From assembly GCA_018394315.1 (NCBI GenBank), contig CP074575.1, positions 2,016,615 to 2,080,614 on the forward strand: 64,000 bases of DNA. Reading direction: 5' to 3'. This stretch comes from Mycoplasmatota bacterium (lineage in GTDB: Bacteria; Bacillota_I; Bacilli_A; MAG-NZ). Below are positions 51,062 through 60,827 of the stretch, in pieces. Both the position numbers and the translations under genes were made by a program. Position 1 is the stretch's first letter, and each line of letters begins with the position of its first letter. The notes below the pieces were generated by a model. It was not told where the DNA came from. It did no database searches and was given only the letters and a program-made list of their open reading frames with translations.

Positions 51062-53416
51062 CTATTCATTAATCAGTGAAACGATATTGTATTCTCGTAT
51101 CTGTCTGGTACTAATCCATGTCATTCCTGTTGCCACTGCAAGAAGCACTAGGGGTAATATTACAAATGCTGTCCATGGATTTATGATAAACGTTATTCTA
51201 GATATACCAAATCCCAACATACTTAAAGCCCCGCTTACGATGCTTTCACCAAGAATATTTGAAATAAGTGTTCCTACAATTATTCCTGCAATTGAAACCA
51301 TTCCAATCTTATAAAGATACTGTTTTCTCACATTAGAATTTGTAAAACCAATTGCCTTCATTGCTGCAATTTGTGCAACATCCTTGGCAAGTCTTAACTT
51401 CATAAATAAAACTACTATCAATGCTTCGAGCAGTATTCCTATCACCACTACTGCAGTTGTGGCAACTTCTACTTGTTTTGTAACACCGCCCAATGTCTGG
51501 TTTATGAATTCCTCCATTGGTTCTATGTCATAACCTCCACCTATCTTGTCACTCCACTGTGAAGCTTTTTCTCCCGCATCTACTCCATCAATAAGATTGA
51601 TTGTAAATTGGTATTTTTCCGCATCTACTCCTGCAAAGGTGTATATAGCCTTTGCCGTGTATCCTCCACTTGTCACATCCTGATAAATTCCAGAGATAAC
51701 GAATTTCTCCTGCACGTCGTTAACCCTTAGTATTATCCAGTCGCCTGTGGTTTTGCCCATCTCATCTGTATTAAGTTTTGAAAGTGCGATTTCATTTTCC
51801 ATAGAAGGTGCCTTACCATCAAGATACTTAAGTTCTTTTCCTGCAGAATTTCCACTGTCAACGTGAAGATTCATCCATTCATCCTCGCTATCAATTGTCT
51901 CAACTCGTACTCTTCTAAACTCCTTATATTCTTTAATTTCAGCATCCTCATTAAGAATATTTTTAATAACTTCGTGCCTATTCTCGAGATTTTCTCCTGA
52001 ATCAATCTCAATCAATATGTCATCCATAGAACTTCCCATATAGGAAATGAATTCCTTGGATTCCATAGTATTTATAAGGTTCATAGGAACAATCATTATC
52101 CCTAAGACGATGAACATTACCATAAAAATTATTGTAAATCCACCAAAATTATGAAGTGTTTCCCTTACACTCATAAGTAGATTAACTGACATCTTCTTTG
52201 ACTTATAAAGTCCGTCCTTAACACGTTCCTTTTTACCAAAACCTTTTCCAGTTACCAGTGCATCCACAACAGTTACTTTCTTAAGTTTCTTAAGAATCTT
52301 CTTACAGTAATGGTTAGTTACGAAATACACAAGTATGCATCCTACAACAGGAAGACCAATGGTAAGAATTGAAACTGGCTGTTTGCCAAATGTGTTACTT
52401 ACATGTCCAGTAAACACGTTTGCCATTATAAGAGCAAGCACATAACCTATGACTATTCCTGCTACCACCATCATCTTATACTTTACAAGATACAGATTTC
52501 TTATATCCTTATATGACATTCCTATGGCTTTCATGGTACCAATTTCGCCGATTTCTTCTTCTAAGGTAGCCATCACAGTGTATTTAATACACATCAGGGC
52601 AACCATAACAAGTAACATACTTACAAGAATTAAAACCATTGCCATCGCAATATCCCTAAAAGCACTTAAAAGAAAGATAACTGAGTAAGTAACTGCCTGC
52701 CCATCCTGTGGCAGACCTGCTTTTTCATAAGCTGTCTTGAAATCTGAAGCCATGGATGAATCCGTAAAATATGATTCGATGAGATACTCAATTTCTCCCA
52801 CATTTCCAAATAGTTCATCGAAATCCTCATCGCTTATAAGTATTCTTGTTGAAGAACAGAGTGTGGAATTCATCTGTGCATCACGCACAAAAGCTGTTAC
52901 TTTGAATTCCTTGGTTACACCTTTACTTGATAACACAACTGTATCTCCAAGGTTTATGTCATAGGAATCCAGAAGAATTACAGGAATACCAATTTCACCT
53001 TTATTAATATTTATTACATTTCTGTCTTCATCAAGTAAAAGATCATATTCCTCATTCTGCTTAACAAGACTTATATCCAGTCTCAAGTCTGATAAACTAA
53101 ATACATCATCCCCATAAACCTTAAGGTCATCTCCGTAAACATTTATCATTGAAAGAGTCTGCCAGGCTGTAACGCCATCATAGGATGAATTAAATTCATC
53201 AATTAACTCCTGATTTATCTCTCCCTTATGCATCTGGAGAAAATGTGGTGGCTTTGCTGTACTGTACATTCCCATCATAGAAATTATAAGCTGCGTCACT
53301 ACAATGGTTGCTACCACCACAAGACCTGATACAAGTGTCATAAACAAAAGCAATGATACATTGCCTGCACGGTTTCTATTAAAATCATTCTTTAACATTT
53401 TTAAATTCATGTTCAT
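51062..53416 (-). CDS. FtsX-like ABC transporter permease
   Basis: Two EIGTMKAIG / QIAAMKAIG FtsX motifs, multiple TM segments; RBS GAGGTG before ATG 53416. Confidence 0.88.
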   Translation of the reverse strand: MNMNLKMLKNDFNRNRAGNVSLLLFMTLVSGLVVVATIVVTQLIISMMGMYSTAKPPHFLQMHKGEINQELIDEFNSSYDGVTAWQTLSMINVYGDDLKVYGDDVFSLSDLRLDISLVKQNEEYDLLLDEDRNVININKGEIGIPVILLDSYDINLGDTVVLSSKGVTKEFKVTAFVRDAQMNSTLCSSTRILISDEDFDELFGNVGEIEYLIESYFTDSSMASDFKTAYEKAGLPQDGQAVTYSVIFLLSAFRDIAMAMVLILVSMLLVMVALMCIKYTVMATLEEEIGEIGTMKAIGMSYKDIRNLYLVKYKMMVVAGIVIGYVLALIMANVFTGHVSNTFGKQPVSILTIGLPVVGCILVYFVTNHYCKKILKKLKKVTVVDALVTGKGFGKKERVKDGLYKSKKMSVNLLMSVRETLHNFGGFTIIFMVMFIVLGIMIVPMNLINTMESKEFISYMGSSMDDILIEIDSGENLENRHEVIKNILNEDAEIKEYKEFRRVRVETIDSEDEWMNLHVDSGNSAGKELKYLDGKAPSMENEIALSKLNTDEMGKTTGDWIILRVNDVQEKFVISGIYQDVTSGGYTAKAIYTFAGVDAEKYQFTINLIDGVDAGEKASQWSDKIGGGYDIEPMEEFINQTLGGVTKQVEVATTAVVVIGILLEALIVVLFMKLRLAKDVAQIAAMKAIGFTNSNVRKQYLYKIGMVSIAGIIVGTLISNILGESIVSGALSMLGFGISRITFIINPWTAFVILPLVLLAVATGMTWISTRQIREYNIVSLINE

Positions 53417-53596
53417 AATTAACCACCTCAATTTCTCTTATACTTTTTCTACTTGTAAGAACCAATTCAACTACTACCATTAATACTCCTCCTATATCGT
53501 CTTATATTCTTTCATAATCATAATCTCCTATCACAAATACTATATCTTAACTGTTTTTGATTACTTTTTGATCATATGTATTCCTAACCTAAAGTG

Positions 53597-54223
53597 TTAT
53601 CCCCAGTACTGCTTTGCCAGGTTCCAAAAAGTCTCATCTGCAACTCCAAGCATTTTCTCAAGTAGTGCCACCAGCGCTCTAATAGTCATCTGCTGTTCTT
53701 CCGGATTAACCTGAAAAATTCCATCATCTAAGAGTGTGATTGATGATGTTAATAAAATCTGCATGTACTGTGTAGGAAAATCCGATTTAAATATTCCTTG
53801 ACTGATACCCTCATCCACAACTTTGGTAAGAACCGGAGTAACCCTTGTTACCAATGAACTCAAGGATTTTTGATGCATTAGTGCATTTCGTGGTTTGTGT
53901 AGTTCTTCCATAAGGTCATTATCTACTTCGCTTTCAACCCTCATGGAAAGGATTGTATTAAGCATCTTCACTACAGGTGAAAGTTCTGGATTAGATGCCA
54001 CCTCCTCAGCCCTTGCAACAACTATTTCAGTAACGCTGTCAATGATTGCATCAAGCACTTCTTCTTTGGACTTAAAATAATAATAAAATGTTCCCTTTGC
54101 TATTCCTGCGGCATTAACAATGTCATTTACCGAACATTTGTCATAACCTTTGGTTGAAATTAATCTTCCTGCCCTATCAAGTATCTCGTTTCTTCTTTCA
54201 TTAAATTCCTTACTAACCTTCAA
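53597..54223 (-). CDS. TetR/AcrR family transcriptional regulator
   Basis: GY...SVNDIVNAAGIAKGTFYYYFKSKEE. Confidence 0.95.
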   Translation of the reverse strand: MKVSKEFNERRNEILDRAGRLISTKGYDKCSVNDIVNAAGIAKGTFYYYFKSKEEVLDAIIDSVTEIVVARAEEVASNPELSPVVKMLNTILSMRVESEVDNDLMEELHKPRNALMHQKSLSSLVTRVTPVLTKVVDEGISQGIFKSDFPTQYMQILLTSSITLLDDGIFQVNPEEQQMTIRALVALLEKMLGVADETFWNLAKQYWG

Positions 54224-54282
54224 ACTGTCTTACCTCTTAAACTATAGAATCAAAAATACACTAAATACTGGTAATTTTTCCC

Positions 54283-54331
54283 TAGACCGTCGGTCTACGG
54301 TCTTTATACAATACATTTTTATTTTTGTCAA
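54283..54331 (-). promoter_or_regulatory. TetR promoter and palindromic operator
   Basis: TTGACA-17-TATAAA, followed by TAGACCG-N-CGGTCTA (54283-54297). Confidence 0.8.
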
Positions 54332-54503
54332 GACAATTTTCGAAAATTTTTCCCATATATCTACAAAATATAGAAAAAACACCCAACTTCTGTCTTGAGT
54401 GAGTGTTTTGGGAATACTATTTAATTGTAATAACTATGTTTAATATCACCCTTTATACTTTCTTCCAATTTGATTATGTCGGTAACAGTGTGTGCTTTTT
54501 TAA

Positions 54504-54947
54504 CTACTTTACTACAAAATCTCCCACATCCCCCTCTAACATCACATAAAGTATATAAGTCTCATTATCTATACTAGGATATAGTATTATACTGTCATTC
54601 TCATCTTTGGCGATACTATGGAAGAATTCATACTTTATTTGAGCTAATATGTACTCAACGAATATTTTTGCAGCATCTGAAAATGTGTTGATTATTGCCT
54701 TTCTCTGTAAATCATCACGCAAATCAATATCTGAGCTTAGATGATGTGTAAACTCTCCACAGGTGCCAATTTTGGGCAATACGTTGCTTTTTTTAAGGTC
54801 AGTAACAGCACAAACCGAATCACCTGCATTTAGTGCATCTCTTCCTAAGTAAAGATTCCCACTAAAACTAATAATAATTCTACCATTACTACCAGTACTT
54901 TCAAGATACTTAGCAACAACTTCTTTCAACTCCATTTTCACATCCAT
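54504..54947 (-). CDS. Hypothetical protein
   Basis: 147-aa ORF, no recognised motif. Confidence 0.5.
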   Translation of the reverse strand: MDVKMELKEVVAKYLESTGSNGRIIISFSGNLYLGRDALNAGDSVCAVTDLKKSNVLPKIGTCGEFTHHLSSDIDLRDDLQRKAIINTFSDAAKIFVEYILAQIKYEFFHSIAKDENDSIILYPSIDNETYILYVMLEGDVGDFVVK

Positions 54948-54956
54948 TTCCTTGAG

Positions 54957-55130
54957 TTACTTGCTGTAGTTTCCATTTCTTTCTGATACATGTGACAATG
55001 ACTTATGTTCTTCTACATGTTCAATACACATTTTTAACTTCTCTTTTAATGTATAACGCATAAAAAAGGCTCCCTTCATCAGAGTAGGTAGTTAATTATA
55101 CCACCTCTCCAACTTTTGGAAGCCATTTCA
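54957..55130 (-). mobile_element. IS3/IS150-family left-end remnant with truncated OrfA
   Basis: Begins TGAAATGGCTTCCAAAAGTTGG, then TATAAT, RBS GGGAG, ORF 55061-54957 MRYTLKEKLKMCIEHVEEHKSLSHVSE...; no OrfB or right end seen. Confidence 0.65.
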
Positions 55131-55138
55131 AATTAAAT

Positions 55139-55150
55139 TGGTGCGGGTAA
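55139..55150 (-). repeat. 12-bp copy of the tRNA-Leu 3' end (att-like)
   Basis: TGGTGCGGGTAA identical to 59782-59793. Confidence 0.7.
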
Positions 55151-55546
55151 TCGCGCCTATTGATATGCGCGCCTTTGACTTACCACTAAATTTGTAAATA
55201 ATATCTCTACAATTCACATAATGACAAATTAAACCTTTTTGTATATCTAGTAAGTTCTCGGTCATATTTTCATTTCCTCTCTCCTTTTATCTATTTTTTT
55301 AATCCCATAATAAATTTCGTTTGATATTAAAAAAAGAAAAAGAAGTTTAAACCAAAATTAAAACTTACATATTAGTTATTTAAATTGGATTACCATCTTT
55401 ATCAAAGTAAGTTATTTCAGATGAAAATTCATTAATTCTATTATCTAATACATCATTAATATATTCATCATAATTAAGTATTATGTAAGTATCAAACACT
55501 TCATAACAAAACCTTTAATAATGCCTGTATGACTTTATTATAGTGT

Positions 55547-56008
55547 TCACTCTTTGGTACTCGCTTCATTATTTACTTCTCTTCTCAGTTTTTTTACTTT
55601 CATCTTAGTAGATGGTCTAAAATCACATATATCTTTTAGATCTAGTATTAAAGCTTCTGATGAAATCTTCACTTCATATAATGATAAAGCTAATGATATA
55701 CCAAGCATTATTAAAGAAATTAAGAATATGATTTGTCCTAAAATATTATGTTTCAAATATAAAGTAATCATTGAAAGAACACACAAAAAAAAACTAAAAG
55801 CACCAATAAATTGCATTCTTCTTATCAAAAAAATTCTTTTCTTAAAATTTTCTATCTGATGATAAACTAATTTATCAGGACTCTCCTTGTATTCTTTAAT
55901 TTTAGCTGATATAACGTCATTTAAAGAAATATATCTTCCATTGTAAGCAACTAATAAAAGTGATATAGCAGGAAATAAAATCGCTGGAGTTGTAATCTCT
56001 AACTGCAT
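55547..56008 (-). CDS. DUF2721-family membrane protein
   Basis: TTPAILFPAISLLLVAY, EVKISSEAL. Confidence 0.8.
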   Translation of the reverse strand: MQLEITTPAILFPAISLLLVAYNGRYISLNDVISAKIKEYKESPDKLVYHQIENFKKRIFLIRRMQFIGAFSFFLCVLSMITLYLKHNILGQIIFLISLIMLGISLALSLYEVKISSEALILDLKDICDFRPSTKMKVKKLRREVNNEASTKE

Positions 56009-56267
56009 AATTATCCTCCTTTCTCTTCTTAATTACACATTATTTTAGTATTATAATACCTCGTTCTTGTCTTATTTTTATAATACTAGATTAAAATTAT
56101 TGTAATTGAAAATTAATATAGAAATCTATAATTTCCTCGTCTTAACTAAACATTTCGCATTTCGTGCTAATATTAGAAAGCCTCTAAGTAGAGGCTTTTA
56201 ATATATAATTATTTAATTAGTATTCTCAGTCATAAATAATCAATTCTTTAAGGTAAATAATTTTAAA

Positions 56268-57434
56268 TTAAAACTCTACGTTTTCACCATAATAAGTACA
56301 AGCAAATATTTTTTTCATTTCTGTAACTGAAATTTCTCTTGGGTTTGTACCAGTACATGGATCTGATACTGCAGTTGTAGAAATCTCATCTAGTTTATCG
56401 TTAAAGTCTTGTTCGCTTATTCCAAATTCTCTTAATGTAAGTGGAATATTCATTTTCTTATTGAAGTCAATAACCATTTCCACTAATGAGTTTACTAATT
56501 CATCTTGAGTGTTCCCTGCTAATCCTAATCTTCTTGCTATATCAGCATAAATATTACCAGCAGTTTTTTTGTTAAATTGAATTACATATGGTAAATAAAT
56601 AGCATTTGCACATCCGTGAGGGATATTAAATACTCTTCCTGTTTTGTGTGCCATACTATGCACAATTCCTAGTATTGCATTTGAAAATGACATTCCTGCT
56701 AGACATTGAGCTGTATGCATTTTACTTCTAGCTTCTTTATCTCCATTATAAGATTCAACTAAGTTTTCTACTGTCATTTCAATAGATTTCATTGCTAAAG
56801 CATCTGTAAATTCGTTACTTACTGTTGAAACATAAGCTTCAAAAGCATGAGTTAATGCATCCATTCCAGTGTGTGACACTAATTTTTGTGGCATTGTTTG
56901 TGCTAAGTCATTATCTACTATTGCTATATCTGGTGTGATATTAAAATCTGCTATTGGATATTTAACTCCAGTTTTATTGTCTGTAATCACCGCAAAAGAA
57001 GTTACTTCTGTCCCCGTACCACTTGTAGTAGATATTGCAACAAATTTTGCTTTTTGTCTTAACTCAGGTAAGTTAAACGGTTTTGCAGCTTCTTCAAATG
57101 TAAATTCTGGGTATTCATAGAAAATCCACATAGCCTTAGCAGCATCAATCGGTGAACCTCCTCCTATACCAATAATCCAATCTGGTTCAAAATCATTCAT
57201 TACTTTTACGCCATTCATTACTGTATCAACTGATGGATCTGACTCTATCCCCTCAATAACAACAGTTTCAATTCCAGCTTCTTTTAAATAACCTTCAGCT
57301 TTATCTAAAATTCCTAATTCTCTTAATGGACCATCACCTATTACTAGAACAGCCCTTTTACCTTTTAAATTCTTTAATTCTCCAATTGCACCTTCTCCAA
57401 AGTACACATCTCTTGGTATTGTAAACCTTGCCAA
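56268..57434 (-). CDS. Iron-containing alcohol dehydrogenase (clostridial butanol dehydrogenase-like)
   Basis: GGGSPIDAAK, TTSGTGTEVT, DALTHAFE, HSMAH, PHG. Confidence 0.93.
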   Translation of the reverse strand: MARFTIPRDVYFGEGAIGELKNLKGKRAVLVIGDGPLRELGILDKAEGYLKEAGIETVVIEGIESDPSVDTVMNGVKVMNDFEPDWIIGIGGGSPIDAAKAMWIFYEYPEFTFEEAAKPFNLPELRQKAKFVAISTTSGTGTEVTSFAVITDNKTGVKYPIADFNITPDIAIVDNDLAQTMPQKLVSHTGMDALTHAFEAYVSTVSNEFTDALAMKSIEMTVENLVESYNGDKEARSKMHTAQCLAGMSFSNAILGIVHSMAHKTGRVFNIPHGCANAIYLPYVIQFNKKTAGNIYADIARRLGLAGNTQDELVNSLVEMVIDFNKKMNIPLTLREFGISEQDFNDKLDEISTTAVSDPCTGTNPREISVTEMKKIFACTYYGENVEF

Positions 57435-57549
57435 ATTAATTCCTCCTAATATTTTTAATTTCTCTAATTTACTTTAGAGTATTTTGTTTGCTTGTTGCTC
57501 TTTTAGCACATGATTATTATATAAATTTGATAATTCATTGTGAAGAAGG

Positions 57550-57585
57550 CACTTTTTAGTAAGGTAGTTACCAAAAGGAAAAGTG
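57550..57585. promoter_or_regulatory. Putative HxlR-family operator between divergent adh and hxlR
   Basis: CACTTTT...GTAAGGTAGTTAC...AAAAGTG imperfect inverted repeat. Confidence 0.45.
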
Positions 57586-57699
57586 AAACTCATGAAGTGT
57601 TTAAATTAGAAAGATTACTGATATAATAATAGCGAACTTTCTCTTGTAATAAGACTAGAGAATTTCTAAAAAATATGTTTACAAGGATAGTGCTTAAGT

Positions 57700-58050
57700 A
57701 TGCCAAAAGATAGAAATAATAAAGTAAGTTGTAGTAATTATAGGTGTGAAATTGAGGTAACTTTAGAGTTAATAGGTGGAAAGTGGAAATCCCTTCTTCT
57801 TTGGAATTTAGGAAATCATGAAGTCATACGATTCAATGAATTTAGAAGAATCATTCCTGAAATCACACAAAAGATGTTAACACAACAATTAAGAACATTA
57901 GAGGAAGACAGATTAATAAATAGAAAGATTTATAACCAAATACCTCCAATGGTAGAATATTCATTATCGGAAGAAGGAAAGAAATTAATGCCCATACTAG
58001 ACCAAATGGATCAATGGGGGAAAAATTACGTAGACCATCACAAAGATTAA
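57700..58050 (+). CDS. HxlR family winged-helix regulator
   Basis: IGGKWK, RFNE, ITQKMLTQQLR, PPMVEYSLS. Confidence 0.93.
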   Translation: MPKDRNNKVSCSNYRCEIEVTLELIGGKWKSLLLWNLGNHEVIRFNEFRRIIPEITQKMLTQQLRTLEEDRLINRKIYNQIPPMVEYSLSEEGKKLMPILDQMDQWGKNYVDHHKD

Positions 58051-58112
58051 ATAATTTAAAAAGGAGAAAGTCAAATATATTTTCTAATATAAATGGATAA
58101 GGTTATCCTTAT

Positions 58113-59619
58113 GGCTGTAAAATTAAGTTTGGGGTAAGAGAGTTATTCTCTTATTTCAAACTTTTTTAATGGAAACAAAAAAAGTGCATAATAATCCGAT
58201 ATAATTTAAGCGCTCAAACCTAATTAGAAAGGAAATTATTATGCACTCAAATTCTATCACATTTAATAATGATATAAAATCTATTTTCAATATCCACGAT
58301 AAATCTATAGTCCTAGATAACTATGAAATTATCGATGACTCAATAATCATTCATCTTTCAAGGAATCGCCAATTAGTCAAATGTTCAGTCTGTGGAGAAT
58401 TAACTGATAAGGTCCACGACTATTATATTCGCACTATTAATCATGGTGTTTTCAATAACCGTAAGTGTTTTATTAAATACAAGCAACGTAGATATCGTTG
58501 TGATTGTGGTAAGAGATTCTCTTTACCTAATCAATTTGTTGAGAAGTACAATAAGATTAGTTCTAACTCTAAATGGAGTATCATTAACGAGGCTATACTT
58601 GTTTCTTCTTTCAAAGACATGGGGAAAAGACTTAATATGTCTTCTACCACTGTAAGAAGAATATTTAATATGCATTGTAAACAATCTAGAAAGTCTTTAC
58701 CTAGAGTATTAAGCATTGATGAATTCAAAGGTAATAGTGGTGGATACAAATACAATCTAAGTATTTGTGATCCTTCTAATAGACAAATAATAGATATATT
58801 ACCTTGTAGATATAAGGATTACTTACACCACTACTTTAGTACGTTTTCTTCTGAAGAACTAAGTAATGTAGAGGTTATTACTATGGATATGTATCATACT
58901 TACCACGATATTTGTAAGGAATTCTTTCCTAACGCTACTATAGTAATCGATACTTTCCACTTTGTTAGACTAGTTACCAATGCAGCTAATAATGTAAGGA
59001 TTAGAATTATGAAGAAGTTTAATCGAATTGATAAGCAATACAAAGTCCTCAAATCTAGATGGAGATTATTTAATACTAAACCAGATTGCATCTCGGATAA
59101 ATGGATATTTGATAAAAGGAGTAAGCAATGGACAAGTGATTCATCATTACTTGATTACATGAGAAACATTCATCCAGAGTTAGGTAAGACCAGAGAGTTA
59201 CTAGAATCGTTTTATGAGATTGTTCATAACTCAAGCTATCCTACCGTTTATCATGAGCTCAATAATTGGATCATTGAAGCGAAGAAAACTAACATTGGTG
59301 AAGTTAGAGAAGCAGCATTATCTATAGAAAGGTGGTTACCTGAGATAGTTAATTCGTTTATGATTAATCCTGATACTGAAACTAAATACACCTCAGCCTT
59401 TATTGAAGGTAGTAATAACTATATCAAAGTGATAAAACGTACTTCATATGGATTTAGATGTTTCAATACTTTTAGAAACAAAATACTTTATCATCACAAT
59501 AATTCAAGACATATTATATCTGCATAGTTATGCACAAAAAAAGGACATAGATTTTTTCAATCTATATCCTTAAACTCTTACTCATTTATTGAGTTTACCC
59601 CAATCCTTGACTTAGAGCC
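58113..59619 (+). mobile_element. Complete ISL3-family insertion sequence with 8-bp target duplication
   Basis: IRL GGCTGTAAAATTAAGTTTGGGGTAA, IRR (revcomp) GGCTCTAAGTCAAGGATTGGGGTAA; ATCCTTAT at 58105-58112 and 59620-59627. Confidence 0.93.
58241..59527 (+). CDS. ISL3 family transposase
   Basis: CSVC...RYRCDCG zinc finger, SIDEFKG, TMDM, IDTFH, EGSNNYIKVIKR.SYG. Confidence 0.95.
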   Translation: MHSNSITFNNDIKSIFNIHDKSIVLDNYEIIDDSIIIHLSRNRQLVKCSVCGELTDKVHDYYIRTINHGVFNNRKCFIKYKQRRYRCDCGKRFSLPNQFVEKYNKISSNSKWSIINEAILVSSFKDMGKRLNMSSTTVRRIFNMHCKQSRKSLPRVLSIDEFKGNSGGYKYNLSICDPSNRQIIDILPCRYKDYLHHYFSTFSSEELSNVEVITMDMYHTYHDICKEFFPNATIVIDTFHFVRLVTNAANNVRIRIMKKFNRIDKQYKVLKSRWRLFNTKPDCISDKWIFDKRSKQWTSDSSLLDYMRNIHPELGKTRELLESFYEIVHNSSYPTVYHELNNWIIEAKKTNIGEVREAALSIERWLPEIVNSFMINPDTETKYTSAFIEGSNNYIKVIKRTSYGFRCFNTFRNKILYHHNNSRHIISA

Positions 59620-59741
59620 ATCCTTATCCATTTCTTCTTAATATTTTAATTTACCTAGTAATTAATGATAATCATATAATTAATAATAAACAATGGGCGA
59701 GTGAGAGTAATCAAAACTAAGGTCCACTATATAAATTATAC

Positions 59742-59769
59742 AAAAAAACTGGATGATTTCTCATCCAGT
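59742..59769 (-). terminator. tRNA-Leu terminator
   Basis: ACTGGATGA-tttc-TCATCCAGT with U tract. Confidence 0.8.
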
Positions 59770-59781
59770 ATGCGTACTTAA

Positions 59782-59864
59782 TGGTGCGGGTAACAGGAGT
59801 CGAACCTGCACTCCGAAGAACTAGAGCCTAAATCTAGCGCGTCTGCCAGTTCCGCCATACCCGC
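59782..59864 (-). tRNA. tRNA-Leu (TAG)
   Basis: GCGGGTA...CTAGA TT TAG GC TCTAG, variable arm, GTTCGACTC...CCA. Confidence 0.97.
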
Positions 59865-59880
59865 ATATACTTGCTTTATT

Positions 59881-59909
59881 AGTATATATATTTGTTATTT
59901 AAATGTCAA
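59881..59909 (-). promoter_or_regulatory. Sigma-A promoter of tRNA-Leu
   Basis: TTGACA-17-TATACT. Confidence 0.8.
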
Positions 59910-59950
59910 CATCATAAGAAAAAAAGTGCTAATTTAGCACTCTTTAACAA

Positions 59951-60586
59951 TTATAGGGACTCACCACTTGTTTCTTCAGCGTTCTCTTGATCCATTCTTT
60001 CATGTAATCTATTATGGAATTTTGTTACTCTATTTCTAAATCTTCTTCTTGCTTGAACTCTTTGAGCTACATCAGGTAATTCAACTCCTAGCTCTTCTGC
60101 TTTTTCTTGAACTAATTGATGAATTTCTTCTCTAGCAGCAGCAACTTCTTCATCTGTCATGTTCTCAAAATCATAGTTTGCTCTAACTTCATTATAGTAT
60201 TCTCTTAGAGCTACCATTTCATCAGTAAGCTCAAATCGTTGACCAAATCCGCCTTTTTGATTTCCTTCACCACAATATCCATTATTATAACCATATCCTT
60301 CGAATAATGGTAATTCAATTCCAAGTTCCTCAGCCTTTGCTTCTACTAAAGCGTGAATTTCCTCTCTAGCAGTGATAACTTCCTCTTCTGTCATATTTTC
60401 CCAGTCATACTCTTGATATAAATCAATTCTATAATTTAATAATTCTTGCATCTCTTCAGTAATGTTCATTACTTCAACGTGTCTTCCTTGTCCTTGAAAC
60501 GCACCTTGAACATAATCTTGCACATCCTCATTAGTTGCAGTAAATGCCCCACCTGCAAGAGATAATGCTAATAATAAACCTTTCAT
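59951..60586 (-). CDS. Secreted or membrane-tethered acidic helical protein with an internal duplication
   Basis: Signal-like N-terminus; two copies of ENMT.EEV..AREEIH.LV..KAEELG.ELP; RBS AGGAGG. Confidence 0.75.
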   Translation of the reverse strand: MKGLLLALSLAGGAFTATNEDVQDYVQGAFQGQGRHVEVMNITEEMQELLNYRIDLYQEYDWENMTEEEVITAREEIHALVEAKAEELGIELPLFEGYGYNNGYCGEGNQKGGFGQRFELTDEMVALREYYNEVRANYDFENMTDEEVAAAREEIHQLVQEKAEELGVELPDVAQRVQARRRFRNRVTKFHNRLHERMDQENAEETSGESL

Positions 60587-60639
60587 TTGTTCCTCCTTCG
60601 CCTAATGGCTCTTTTTTATACCTCTAGTATATAGACTCA

Positions 60640-60771
60640 TTACGTAAGTATTATGAAGTAGTTATGAAGTTTATATGAAGATTTTCATCTTTAACTCAAA
60701 CTAATCATACATTATTATACTACATTCATCTTTGTAATATTTGATAATCCTGTGAAGATTTTGTGAAGATT
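60640..60771. promoter_or_regulatory. OmpR-family-type direct repeats
   Basis: TTATGAAGT (60651, 60662), ATATGAAGA (60673), TGTGAAGAT (60751, 60762); 11-bp period. Confidence 0.7.
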
Positions 60772-60827
60772 GATTTATTAATTGTTTTACTGTGTTATTA
60801 TTAAAAAAAGTATTTAAGGAGTCAATT

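Noticed and set aside
59661..59679. Fur-box-like AATGATAATCAT
   Set aside because: Only 13/19 match, not upstream of any gene start, expected by chance in AT-rich DNA
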